From: Harriotta raleighana
Lineage: Eukaryota
Assembly: GCA_050575255.1 (NCBI GenBank)
Contig: JBNZDD010013586.1
Coordinates: 525,083-589,082, forward strand
Direction of reading: 5' to 3'
DNA: 64,000 bases
In this document: positions 1 to 12,660 of the stretch, piece by piece
Position numbering within the stretch: the first letter of the stretch is position 1
Layout of the letters: each line of letters begins with the position of its first letter
Notes under the pieces: model-generated
The model's input: the letters and a program-made list of their open reading frames with translations, nothing else
The model's database searches: none
What the model was told of the DNA's origin: nothing
Position numbers and translations under genes: made by a program

Positions 1-2183
1 ACACAATGTTTCACGTCGATTAAATATTGCTTCATCTGTGAAGAGAAATATTGTGACCCCCAGTCTGCGGTCAGCAAGCCATCTCTCATGCTCAGACTCG
101 CTGGTTTGGCCATGCCTTATGTTTCCGTACAATTACTCTCGCCCACATTTCCGCTGACGAATAGAACCGATGCAGTAGATTGCCAGCAGTGATCTATGGA
201 GGTAACCTGGCTAATGTTCACCAAAGTTACCTTTAACTAGACCAAAAGGAAAGTGGGAGCAAAACAATTCCACAAAAGTGATGAGGAAGGTGGGGGGGGT
301 GGAGGTTGTGCAGAATATATTTTAATTGAGCATAGGATTTGTGCCTATTGTAATTGACACAACTTCTAAATTTGGTCTGGAAGGAGACGAGAGTGGTCTA
401 AAATAAAGTTTGGTTTACGTTCCCACAAAACACTCGCATCAGGAGCTTTTCCGGTTAGAGACGGCCGTTGCAAAAGTAGAAACCATCCAATATATTTCAC
501 GGCACTTATCTACCTAGGCCGTACCTGTTAGGTTGAGAACACATCTGCACCTCCAAGTCTCATTGATGGCCAGTCATTGATTCAGCTGGTCAATCTGCAA
601 TGTCTTGGATTACTACAGATCAGCTTGGTTTAGGCTTCCGGGAACCAGTTCATCAATCCCACAGAGACGCCGCTGATTTCCCATCTCCTAAAAGTTGATT
701 TAGGCACAGGGATCATTCTATCGACCATAAAAGTATCAGGGGCTTTAATGGATTCAAACCCCAAAACCTTCTGGTCTCAAATCCCTGTTTGACGAGGTTT
801 TTAGCTGTGATCATGTATAAGATAAATTAAATCCTTGCTCCAATATTAATTCATGGGCAGAAAGGCGGAGTTCAGTGAGGCTCACAAATCTATCAAACCG
901 TCTGCGATTCATTACACTTACAGTATTCCTATGAATTTCCAAGTCATATTTTGCTTTGGTTTTGGGCTGCCCTCAAAATTCTCCTGTCCCCAAATCATAG
1001 ATCTCCTATGGACTACTCCAGTTGTTCAACAATGTTTAATTTAACGACTTCCATGCGTGGTTTATGATCAAGATTTGAATTTTAAGAGCAATTTCAAACC
1101 TACAGTAAAGAATTCCCAACGCGGGATTACTGCATTGAAAGGATGGTAAACATCACAAAACCACGAGGATGTTTGTACAAGATTTCTGAAGTTACATTAA
1201 TAAAAGTCTGGAGCTCCTGAGCAAAAACAAAATGTTTTTACTGCCCACCCTTTTCGAGAAAATAAATTCTGTTGAAACGGTCGAAAATTAAAACTAAAAG
1301 CAGGCATTTTAAAGCAAATGAATACTTTAATACGAAAGGCAGCAATTGATTCCTGTGGAGTAAAACCGAGCTTGCTTTAGATCTCGCTGGAGAAAAGAAC
1401 TGTATTTCTCCGTGACAAGCAAGCGATGATCTTTTCAGCAGACAGTTGAGATTCAATTATCTGGGCAGCAAATCTTTCAGATGGAGAAGATTAAGTAAAA
1501 TTGTATTGATTGTCACTGCATGCAATCCCATCATTTTCAGTCACATTTTCCTTTTACTGAAATGGAAATAAAGTAGATGGAAAAAGGGCTGTCTGTTGGG
1601 ATTACCCTACCTTACCTCTAATGTGCAGAGAGAAAAAAAAACTTCTCGGTATGCAATACGTTAATGGAGTCTGATAGGGTTAGTCTGACTGCAGAGCTCA
1701 CTGATCAGCTCTCACACACAGTTACACAGAAGCCATACTTCCCCCCCCCCCCCCCACTCCCCCCTGTACATTTTAACTATCGTTGGGTGTTAATAGCAGA
1801 ACTGTTGTTCCATTGAGTTCGTTAAAAAAAAAAAATGATCGATGGAGTGCGCCGACTTGCCTGCTCTTATTATCAAGCTGTACAGGCATTTGGGAGAAAT
1901 CTCCTCGAATCAACCACAGAAGTTAAGAGTTTTCTATTAGGGCAGCAGCTCGTCCACATTAGGATCTGTTGCAATCTGGGGTTTCAGAAATGACCGTGTT
2001 GTTATCCTCTAAATCATTCTGACAAAAAGTTGGCTGAACTCCTCGGTGCTCGAAACCAAAAGGAAACTTTCGTGAACTGTTTTATAAAAGAAAGCAAACA
2101 CAGCTGAACTCAACTGTGGGCTCAGCATTTGAAACCCGAAGGAGAGAGAGGGAGGAAACTGCTTCTGATAATCATATAATAGA

Positions 2184-2290
2184 AATAATAAGCCTTGCAT
2201 TTGATATAGTTCCTTATCACGTCGAGACGTCTCAAAGCGTTTCACAGCATATATTGTAAAATGAATTGACTGTATATTTTTGGGGCGAAA
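2184..2290 (-). mobile_element. SINE family A, 3' fragment
   Basis: Reverse complement of the shared tail CAGTCAATTCA...GAGACGTC...TATATCAAATGCAAGG followed by an (ATT)n-like end; matches many other copies in the window. Confidence 0.85.
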
Positions 2291-2512
2291 AGTGATCATT
2301 ATTCTGATCATTATCCAGTACCGACCCACTCCTGGATCAGATATGAGAAAGAGAGAGACGAGAGAGAGAATGAGAGAGACAGCAAGCTGATCTGCAATTC
2401 CATCAGTTAACACCAACCCCAAAACCTAAATTATATTTTGACTCCTCAAATATTCATAACAAAGTTTGTCTTTTTAATTTTTTTTACTAGCTTATAGGAT
2501 ACACGACATAAA

Positions 2513-2695
2513 AATCATAATAATCCTTGCATTTGATAGAGCGCTTTTCATATCTTCTAGACGTCCCAAAGCGCTCAACAGAATACACTGCACAGTGAAT
2601 TGACTGTCTATTTGTGGGCGAAACAGCCACGAGCAGTCGTGGAATCGAAATGACCAATTAATTATTGTGGGTTTTCTCGAGTGATCACTATTAGC
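2513..2695 (-). mobile_element. SINE family A, 5'-truncated
   Basis: ATAATAATCCTTGCATTTGATAGAGCGCTTTTCA...GAATTGACTGTCTATTTGTGGGCGAAAC on the plus strand; same body and tail as the full-length copies. Confidence 0.85.
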
Positions 2696-3351
2696 TGTAT
2701 GGGTTTCTTATTTCCGCCGCTCTGATTTCGAATGGAAAGGTAGATGTGGGCGTTCGGTTAAAATTCACTGCGTTTCTTTTCGGGAAAAGTCGGATCAGTG
2801 AAAGTATAAGAACGAGTGCGATAGTCTGTGTGTGTACGCGTTACGTGGGTGGAATGAGAGTGCAAAGCATGGCACCAGTTTACATCTTGCCCCAGTCACA
2901 AACCCCCCATGGTCCATTAGCTAATTTCTATTAAATAACATGCAACCCGTACAATAAACACTGGTTTGCACATTTCTAAAGCGTTGCCACCTTTGAGAAA
3001 ACAAACCCGTCGGTTCCCAGGACACCAGTCGACAGACAATTACCAGGGGTTAACAAGGTCATAAACAGGATCACAATACAGGTCACTGTGGCGTTAACTC
3101 TCCTCTTTTAAACACAGAAACAAATACACCCATCATCCCTCACACTGGGGGTGACAAGGGATTTCAATGCCACAAGTGTGTCAGTTTATTATGCGCACAT
3201 TGGCAATACCAGTACACCCTGCTGGAATACTAACCAACGTGACCGCCACTAGTTCAGAATCCTACCCTAACAGAGTGGCTTAGGGCAAGGCGACAGTGAA
3301 TGAACACAAGCCGGGGGCAGTCAGGAAAACGTTTCTTGTCTGAGTCGCTCC

Positions 3352-3354
<3 letters not shown>

Positions 3355-3381
<27 letters not shown>
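3355..3381. repeat. (TG)n microsatellite
   Basis: Direct reading. Confidence 0.95.
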
Positions 3382-3386
<5 letters not shown>

Positions 3387-4234
3387 CGTGTTTTTTTTTA
3401 GAAAACCAAGGAGACATTCATAATGCCACTGAGGTTGTAGACAGTATTTACCGGAGTCGCCTTACTTCGTCCGTCATGAATATTCAATCACTCAAGGCAT
3501 TTGCTGCTTACAGTAGTGGCTTGTTGCAAAAGGCCCTCTATTTGCAGAGGGGGGAAGGCTCATGATTTATTTAGTTCCATCAATAACTTGAACGCTGATT
3601 GGCAGTCCTGAAGGTTTCAGATTGGAAATTAATAATGCATAATGCAGTCACCATATACATGTCACAGTTTAAACCGCGGAGTTTTGTGCCCAGAGAATCA
3701 TTAATAAGAATGCACTGAAATTTGCCAAAACAGATATTTTCATAACCTTCTGAGCATTGCTGAATATCAAGGGAGTTTTGAGTTTTAAGCAAGTATGATT
3801 TGGTTTGGGTTCTGCATGATTACGAGCCTTCAAGAAGTGATACTGCGGGATTTATTCTGCTCTCACCCTACCTATTGCTGTCAATGGTGAGGCACTTGCA
3901 CATTTCCAGACGTGTACAATGAAACCTAAAAGGGATCACATTTACGCTCAACAGATGCTTTAAAGAGAAAAGATCCGTGGCAGAGGCGTTCTTGTGTGAA
4001 CATAAATCTAAAGGTGACACTTTTACTTGTAGTCAGTCGGAGCACTGCTTCCCAAGCTCATCCCCACTCCCACTCCCACTCCGAACCACCCATCCCCACT
4101 CCCTACCCCCACCCACCATCTCCAAAAGCACAAGTTTGGGCAAAATTTCACTTTCTAAATTATAGACATTATTTTTTCAAGCTGTGTGTGTAACCGGAGG
4201 AATCCTTCATAATAATAGTAATAAGAATCCTTTC

Positions 4235-4380
4235 TAATAATAATCCTTGCATTTGATATAGTGTTTTTCACATCTTCTACACGTCTCAAAACGCTTCGCA
4301 GACTCTACGGTAAAGTGATCTGACTGTCTATATGTGAGTGAAATGTGGCAGCCAATTTCACACAGCAGCATCACACAAAC
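4235..4380 (-). mobile_element. SINE family A, 3' half
   Basis: AATAATAATCCTTGCATTTGATATAG...GGCAGCCAATT...CACAAAC, followed by an (AC)n tract at about 4388-4410. Confidence 0.85.
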
Positions 4381-4497
4381 ACTGCGTACACACACACACA
4401 CACACACACACGTTGGGTACACATAATTAGGGCAAATAGGCATATTTGCTCCATCCCTCTATTCACCGTCTCTCATGAAGTGGACACACTCCCCAAC

Positions 4498-4955
4498 TGG
4501 GCGCCAACCTGGCTCATTTGGTCACACTCTCGCTTCCGAACATACAAGTTTGTGGGTTCAAGCTCCACATCAAGAGTTTGAACTCATATCATTTACACAG
4601 AGCTGGGGGAAGGCTGCAGAGCCAAATTCTCTTTAAGCGAAGGTCTGTCTACTTGCTGAGGTGGAGATTAAAGGGACGACTTGAAAAAAGAACGCAGTTT
4701 ATCCCGGTGACCTGACCAACAAACCTCCAAACAAAATTGATCACTCACTTCATGGCTATTTGTGGGACCTCGCTCTCTGCGCTGCCCGAGGTGAAGAGCA
4801 CTATATAAAAGCAAACTGTCGTCGTTGTTGTCACGTGAAAATTGGCTGCTGCGTTCAGCCCAAAAATACACAGTCACTACCCTTTACAGTAAATGCTGTG
4901 AAGCACTTTCTCCTGGCACAAAAGGAGCCGTAACTAAATGCAAAGTTCATTCATT
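4498..4955 (+). mobile_element. Deu-domain SINE (SacSINE1/AmnSINE1-like), near full length, diverged, with a nested L2-tail fragment at about 4771-4831
   Basis: tRNA-like head (GGCTCATTTGGTCACACTCTCGC...GTGGGTTCAAG), Deu-like core (GTCTGTCTACTTGCTGAGGTGGAGATTAAAG...CCCGGTGACCTGACCAA) and tail AAATTGGCTGCTGCGTT...TAAATGCAAAG. Family assignment is from recalled consensus. Confidence 0.7.
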
Positions 4956-7423
4956 CTTATAACGATAGACTGTCACATCCTGCAAGAAAGGGCTGGGTTT
5001 AGTGTCAGTGACAGAAGCTCTCATGCTCAGCTGCACAGCTATAAACTATATAGGACATCATACTCTCAATATAGGTTAGAACCAATGAGTTTGGCATTGC
5101 GGGCAAGAGTGCAATCTACAGAATCCTGTTGACGGCGCATCTTTAACCTAAAGTTTGATTTATTGCTGAACTCCTACATATAAATGTTAATGTAATCGAT
5201 TCAAACCACTGCCCTCAGGTTCGACCGAACCAGCGCAACATCCCACCTGAATAATTTACAGTCAAAAACACAGAATGGAGAAATTCGCACAGGCTTGTAC
5301 TTGAATGAAATGCACCTGCTCTCGGGGGGGGGGGGGTTGGAGCCTTCTTTCAAACCCCAGCGATCGCCTTCCAAAAGGAACACACAAAAGGCAGGCTGTG
5401 CTTGGCGAGTGTGTGCTATGTTTCAGCAACTAATTGCATGCATGACCAGCATAATAAAACCCTGTAGGATCAATATTCTGAGGTGCCACGTCTCTCTTCG
5501 TCTACCACAAAGGTTACTCCGCACTTTTTTTTGGTAGGGAAAACGGTCAGAATTTCCTGGAGTTTCCTTCAGCTTTATATTATAGATACCTTCTGAGGCG
5601 GCTCGAATATACGATATCAGTCCTTGCAACGCAATACAAGCGACAGTAGAAATTTACTTCGGGAGGACATCCCAAAGCGCTTACGGGTGAGAAAGGACCC
5701 TTAACAGACACTTATCCCGCTGATGACCCCAAAAATTGCTCTCTCCCCCACCCCACCCTCATCAAAATAAAATGGACTCAGTTCGAAACAGACAGTGGGT
5801 CATTGCGTTGAGTGGTGCACTGCACATACAGCAGTTAACACAGCAACTGGAACGTGCAGAGAAATCAAAGCTGCGAAGAGGAAATCCATGTCTGCTTCAT
5901 TGCAATTGATCTGATAGCAAGACTTCCTGTTTTCAATGATGCGGCTCAGATTACCAGGTGTCATTTTATCAGCTACCCACGATTAAGCAAGACACTCGCT
6001 TTTTCTTTTCAAGTCACCGATTAAAACGACGGGATTGTTGGAAGCTAAATTGATCACCTTCTTTCAGAGGCTGACTGATCTCCTGTGTGTTTCCAGCACT
6101 GTGTAAGATCCTTTATTCCATTCAAGATTGTTCTACAGCAGAAGGTTTTGGCAGGGTACCGCATTATTCACTCAACATCTCGAGAGATAAAGACAATTGG
6201 GAGGGAGTTGTGGGGGAGAATATTTCACTCCACACTGACATGCAACACCTGACCAGCAGCTTTTCAAAACACTAAGAGTCGTGTGAGAGAGACAATATCA
6301 AGTGTGTTATTTGCATCAGTAAGTGACACAGTCGATCTCCATAGCAAAGTTCCATTAGTGACGCTCTGTGACACGTTACCTTTGCGGAAAAAGAAATCCA
6401 ATGTCTGAAAGGGGGCCGCATCAGTTTGTCAGAGAGATTTTAGACACACTCAGTCACTGGACTTGTGAGAAACAGACACTGTCTCAACATTCATCTGCTT
6501 CCCTGCCATGGCTTGGGATCATTACGGCTGCTGTCGATGCAACTTTTGTTGCAGGAATGTTTTGATATTGATTCTACAAGATTTTTCTTTGTGTACCAGA
6601 TGCGATCAATGCTGCTATGTATCCCCTTTTGCCTCTTGTCAACTAACTTGGTTCTATCCGCCCCTGGCAAGGTTTTGCTGTGGTGAACCCATCCCTTTAG
6701 TTTCAGGGAATTAATATACATTGCGTTATACAAGTGTAATTTTGTTGTTGTTGTTGAGTTCAAGCTAAAGGTTCAGATTCAGTTTCCACCCGTCCCCGCT
6801 TAGCATTGGAATTTTTACCCAGGATGTTCACACTCAAGTTTGTAAGACAAGCAAACTGGACCATTAAAATGTGATTAACACTAAGCTTTACAGTTCAGAC
6901 ACTGAGGCAATGAAATGCTAAATTAGAAGGCTGGTCTGTGGCATGCAAAAGGGCTAGTGCATAGTACTGTATAGGAATTTTGGAAGGTTTTAAAAGATAA
7001 GCATTTTATCAAGAACTTAACCCAAGCCCGACAATTTACAAGATAAAGCGAGTAGGGTTATAAACAGCAAGATAACTATTTTCCTGGGGTGAGCAGAGGC
7101 GTGTGTGTGTGGGGGGGGGGAGAGGAAGAGAGAAGAGATGATATATTTTGCCTCAAATATCGCAGTGACTATATCAGTACAGCCAGACTTGTAGAACATT
7201 ATTATTATTACATTATAACATCCTGCTTTGCTTCATTGATTAAAATAAAACGATGAAATAAATTTTGAACATCAAAACTGGCCCCCAGTTTGACAGCTTG
7301 ATTCACCAGCTTGTTCTCGCTACATTGATCTCCACATCCCGGTGGGTTTGTGATGGCTGCGTTTATTAACCAATTTAAACATAGTTCAAGAGCTTATCCG
7401 AAGCAGCAAACTGTTCTCAACAT

Positions 7424-7674
7424 CAGCGTTCGGTCGTCTTAAAACTGCTCTGAACAGTTTCCATCTTTAGAAATAGGGTTAGGGATTTTAACAACAACAA
7501 CATCAAACTCAGATCGATGGATGAATGAATTGAACANCAGCGTTCGGTCGTCTTAAAACTGCTCTGAACAGTTTCCATCTTTAGAAACAGGGTTAGGGAT
7601 TTTAACCAGAAAACAGGTTACTGCAACTCGCAGTCTCATCATCAAACTCAGATCGATGGATGAATGAATTGAAC
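7424..7674. repeat. Direct duplication around single N at 7537 (probable haplotype overlap)
   Basis: 7424-7535 recurs from 7538 with one substitution and one indel. Confidence 0.9.
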
Positions 7675-8582
7675 GAATGAATAAATGAATGAATGCACTA
7701 GAGGAAATGTACCTATTCCTCGCCAACTTGACTATGAGGCTTGCACAGGTCAGGGTGACAACGAGTCCGAAAGGCGCAAGGCTGTCTTTCAAGTCAGTTT
7801 CTTTCAGCTGTATCGACTCTCGCGATCACTGCCCCGATAATCCTCCCGATGTGTTAATGTTGCATATGTCTGCCAGGCATAAAGGATTAGCAGCGTTATC
7901 TGATAGGTCATGTCAGATCATTTGAAACCATCAGTGAAGAGCAGCCAGACAAAGTCTCTGTACTTGCACATGAGCTTCAGAGTAGTCAAAAGGGCAGGTT
8001 CCTGGTGGGGTTAGAAGGAGTGTATGGTGAACAGATTCATGGTGTTCCAGTCACGGTGGGAACACCCATTAGTATTATAGTCTATAATCAAAATCCAAGC
8101 TCTCATTTACGCTTTCATGCAGAATATTCAGGGCCATTCGTAACCCCCGTCATTTCCACAGCAAAACTGAAGAGCAGATTAAATGTACATGCGTCGTATT
8201 TCATATAAGGCGTGCAGATCGAAATGGGGCCCGCAGTGATACTGCGAAGAGGGTAACGCTCTGTGCGTGTTGAAATGCTGACCTGAATATAGTCGCAACG
8301 TACGAAAGGAGTCTGAAGCCAGAGGATCAGCATGGAGCAACTACCACAGGCGAACATTTGAACATTCACTAGACTTTCCCAGGAACGTTTATTAATCTCA
8401 ATGTGTCAACACTTTGTGGGGAACAATGGAAAAAACCATTGGCGACCCAGCAATATGGTACAAAGCCATGGCAGGAGAGAGAAATATGTTAATTCTCCGC
8501 GAGTTCAAGGGACGGAAGAATCGTGTACATTTCTTCTGCGTGGAACTTTTCGTGCTCTTATGGTCCAGCGTGTGAGGTAGAA

Positions 8583-8947
8583 GATAGAAGTGAGAAGCGA
8601 ATAGATGCCATGTTCCTCCTGATTTTATTGTTGAGACACATCAAGCCTAAGAAGATCCAGACACACATTGTCTGCACAAATATAACCAATACTCTGGATC
8701 AACGAGGAGTTGAAATNGATAGAAGTGAGAAGCGAATAGATGCCATGTTCCTCCTGATTTTATTGTTAAGACACATCAAGCCTAAGAAGATCCAGACACA
8801 CATTGTCTGCACAAATATAACCAAATACTCTGGATCAACGAGGAGTTGAAACATTTTATTGTTAAGACACATCAAGCCTAAGAAGATCCAGACACACATT
8901 GTCTGCACAAATATAACCAAATACTCTGGATCAACGAGGAGTTGAAA
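8583..8947. repeat. Direct duplication around N at 8717, plus a 96-bp tandem duplication in the second copy
   Basis: 8583-8715 recurs at 8718-8851; the unit starting ATTTTATTGTTAAGACAC occurs at 8757 and again at 8853. Confidence 0.9.
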
Positions 8948-9107
8948 CGCTGAAAGCAAGCATTTGTATTTTCACAATGACAAAAAAGATTCTATGAACT
9001 GTACTTCAGAGAAAATACTTTTTTTTCCCCCCCCAACCTCACTGTTGTTGCTTCGCTCATCCTCGACCTCAAGCGACCGTCAATACAAATGTGTCAGGAC
9101 CGATGTG

Positions 9108-9537
9108 GGGTCCTGGAGTGGTCAGAGCACTCGCCTTACAACAACAACAACAACAACAACAAAATTACACTTATAGAGCGCGTTTCACGTCAGGAGGACG
9201 TCGCAAGGCGCTGGACAGATTGGTTCAGGACAAGTGTGAGACCTGTGTTCGAAGCCAGACAGGTCAGGGCGAAAACTTAGCCGAGTTTCCTTACTCCACA
9301 CACACACACACACGCCTAATAATAATCCGCCCAAAAAACTCCCAATAAGAAAATTGGTAATTTCAATCCACGACTGTTTGTGGGGGGACGCTGCTGTGCG
9401 CAATTGGCTGCCGCGTTTTGCCCACAAATATACAGTCAATTCACTTTACAGTATGTTCTGTGAAGCGCTTTGAGACGTCCAGAAGAGGTGAAAAGTGCTA
9501 TATGAAATGCAAGGATTATTATTATTATTATTATTAT
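9108..9537 (+). mobile_element. SINE family A, full length, with an inverted L2-tail fragment inserted in the tRNA head
   Basis: Head GTCCTGGAGTGGTCAGAGCACTCGCCTTACAA...GAGACCTGTGTTCGAAGCC (A-box and B-box like), body GTTTCCTTACTCCACA, tail ending (ATT)n; foreign segment at about 9141-9230. Confidence 0.9.
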
Positions 9538-11912
9538 ACCAGCACCATCAATAAGCCACCTCTTTGAGTCAGAGGACCACAACGATAGAACTCCCTCTAG
9601 TGGCTTGACTGAAGCCAAACAGAGAGATCGCAGACAGAAAGGGAACAAAATCTAAACCAGGCATACAGGTTGAGCACCAGAAAATTTGGAAAGCGAAGTA
9701 TGTAAAGTAAGAAAAAAAAAAAAAATTTGGGGAATCAAGAAATCAAAGTTAAGTATTACACTGCGAGAGCAATGCCTTGTACTAACTCAATGAGCTAAAT
9801 TTTCCTCTTTATTCACAGACACGCATTCGGGGGATATAAATGTCGATCGTCGACGTGCACAGACTTCCAATTTTGGCTTTGTGCGAATCGTGCACTATTC
9901 AAATTGCCTCATTAATATTTAAATCAATTCTGTGTTCGGTCTGACCATAGCTGCAGCCGTCAATGTGACACGCACAAGAGATATAGGGCAGCCCCTGCCT
10001 TCTCCATGGCCGCGACAGCAGGTAAAGTGTCAGTTCTCTGATACGTGTTTGAGAGGAAAATGTTTCATTGTGATTTCAGTGAGGTGGGTTGATGCATTCC
10101 CGCTTCAATGCGGACAAGAACATATTATTGTCCAAAAATCATTTTAAATAAAGACCCTTCCCACATTTGCACATATTAATAAGTCTTCATCTGACTCTAA
10201 TCTCCCCCTGCAATGTGTCTTGCTTAACATACTGGGGAAAATTCATCCCCTTTCGTTATTTAGATAGGGTACATAAGTACATCCAATCGATGTGCTCACA
10301 TTGTAAGCAAATGTCACGCACAGACTGTGTCTGCAAACACTTTGTCGACCCCGAGGACAAAACTGACAAAATAAATGATATCAAGTCCAAATATTCCAAG
10401 TGAAGGTGTTCACGTGCCTGTGTGATGTACCGTTCAACAAGTCCAGTGTTTCTAACTGCAGTTTATTCCTGTCCCTTTCAGATTGGATTCAGTCATAGCT
10501 GGCGAACAATAGCAGGATCATTATTAAATAAAACCAGACCAAAGTTCGATACCCAGTCATTCTCTGATACATGATAATCTATACATTGGGACATAAGCAT
10601 TGAAGACAACAAGTGCAATCTTGTAGTTACAGGATATAAAAAGAACAGGATGCTGGTTTTCAAGAGATTATTTCTGCTTTGATTCCGGTTTGTCAAATCC
10701 ATGAAATTTACAATTCATAACATTTACGCACTAATCGTTCGGGCAGGACAAATAAATAATGAAAACGAGTCCACGTGCTAATCTTTTTTCTTGTGTATTC
10801 TCTCCGGATTGCTGAACTTTTTTTAAAAATTTAGACGGCTTGCGTTTCTTTGTACGTTTAAAACTCTTAAATCCTCGGAAGGAAAACTCTTAAAATCTGA
10901 ATGTTTCGATTTGTAAGAATTGTTTAACTGCCCAATGCACCAATGTGTTTGTTGATGGTCTGAAAGCCAATTATAAGATAAAGTAATTGATGCCCTTTGC
11001 TGTAGAAATGCCTATTAGTCTGCCTTGTGTTCACTGAACCCTATTTTTTTCTCACACAAAATGACAAAGTGCACTATTTGTATTAAATGTCTGAGCTGAA
11101 ATCACATGGTCCGAACAAAATGCAGGCATTTGCATAAAAAAGGCAAGAGGCAAGGATTTGAGGGTAAAGTAAAGGAGAGAGGAAAAGATTGTATTTAATC
11201 GACAGCAACCAACTTAAAATGTTGTCATTTTCACCTGCTTTCCAAACAGATGGCATTTCGAAAGCGTCACTTAAAATCTAAATCTGATTCAACAGTCCGA
11301 AAAGGCGAAGAGAAGGGTTACGTGTTGCGATCTTGAAAAGCCAAGATTTTCCGAAAATGAATCAAACGAAAATGGTCCTTTTTTAAAAAAAAAATGTCTG
11401 CATCTCGAGCTCTGCAAGTGAACTCATCCCTCCAATCAGACAACAAGCATTACCGTACGGATGATGCTCTGTGAAAGATCACAATCTCGTACAGCACGCT
11501 GAGAGCACAGGTTCTGAGTGAGTTGGAAAGATTTTGGAATGGTGCTTTCCTGAGCGAATTTCCATTTAATATCACAAAGCTGATCAACTGAGTTCCTCTT
11601 CAATGGGACGTTGAAAGCAAATGAAAGAGCCGCAGCTTATAAATCGCAACAAAAAAAAAAAGGCAAACTGAGTCAAAGTCTCTCTTTCTTCCTCGGGGAA
11701 AAACTGCGAATTGAAGTTCATGTGTAACTGCAGTACAAACGACAGCAATAAAATTACATTTGTATTAGCTCCTTACCCGTTCAGGAGGCCATCCCAAGGC
11801 GCTGAACAACAGGTAACCACATAACATGAAATCGATGAAAATGAACGATTCTCTGGCGGGGCGTCTGAAGAAATTACGTGCAGGTCACCAAATACAGGAA
11901 AATAGATATATC

Positions 11913-12100
11913 ATAATAATAATAATCCTTGCATTTGATATAGCGCTTTGAGACGTCTGGAAGACATCACAAAGCGCTTCACAGAATATACTGTAAAGTG
12001 AATTGACTGTATATTTGTGGCAGCCAATTGCACACAGCAGTGTCCCACAAACAGGCGTGGATTGCAATGATCAATTTATTGTTTTTTAATCAAGGTATTA
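11913..12100 (-). mobile_element. SINE family A, 5'-truncated
   Basis: Close match to body and tail of the full-length copies. Confidence 0.9.
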
Positions 12101-12378
12101 TTATATATAATAATATTTTTTTTTTTAAAAATACTCACTACATTCCTTTATTCCAACTGGTTACTGTGCAAGCAGGTTGGGTTTCCAGATTACTGTCACT
12201 ACATTAATAGGTAAGGCAGTGATGAAAACAGTATTGGGAAAGAACACAAGAGAGCTGTAACACAATGCTCAAGATTTTACACCCATCAAGTTTTACACAT
12301 CATTTACAAGATGAACCTTTCCACAAAATGAAACAGCTTCTATTTTTTTTAAATGCAAAGAAAGTCTTACTCACTTAC

Positions 12379-12660
12379 CTTAAGCACAAATAATGCAAGC
12401 GAGCTGACTGCAATCAGCCTGGTACACAGTGATGTATGAACATAAGCAAAGCACAAGCAATAGCAATGAAACAGCAGCAGCAGCAAACAGCAAGCAGCAG
12501 TTTCACAGTACCTTTAAGAGTCAGTCTCCTCTCATTTTTTGGGACAAGGGATAGGGGGCTTCTCCCCCAAAAAAAAAAAGTCCCCTTCACAATGCCAGGC
12601 AAGCTCTGAGACCACACAGCTCCAAAAGGGGCTCTCAATAGCTTCTCCTCTCAACCTCAT
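12379..12660 (-). other. Candidate non-coding (5' UTR) exon of an unidentified minus-strand gene
   Basis: Consensus donor AAG|GTAAGT (exon ends 12379) at the end of repeat-free UTR-like sequence with a (CTG)n run. Two frames stop before the donor and the third has no ATG after its last stop. The 5' boundary is a guess. Confidence 0.45.

Noticed and set aside
2009-2422. 137-aa ORF on the minus strand
   Set aside because: Runs through a SINE tail and a (GA)n tract; no recognisable domain or exon signals.
2866-3340. Possible solo LTR or primer-binding site (TGGCG on the minus strand near 3245)
   Set aside because: No TG...CA boundaries with target duplication, no second copy, no retroviral coding sequence.
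8583-8947. Repeated units that could suggest a CRISPR-like or regular array
   Set aside because: Long direct copies without unique spacers, tied to an assembly N, in vertebrate DNA.
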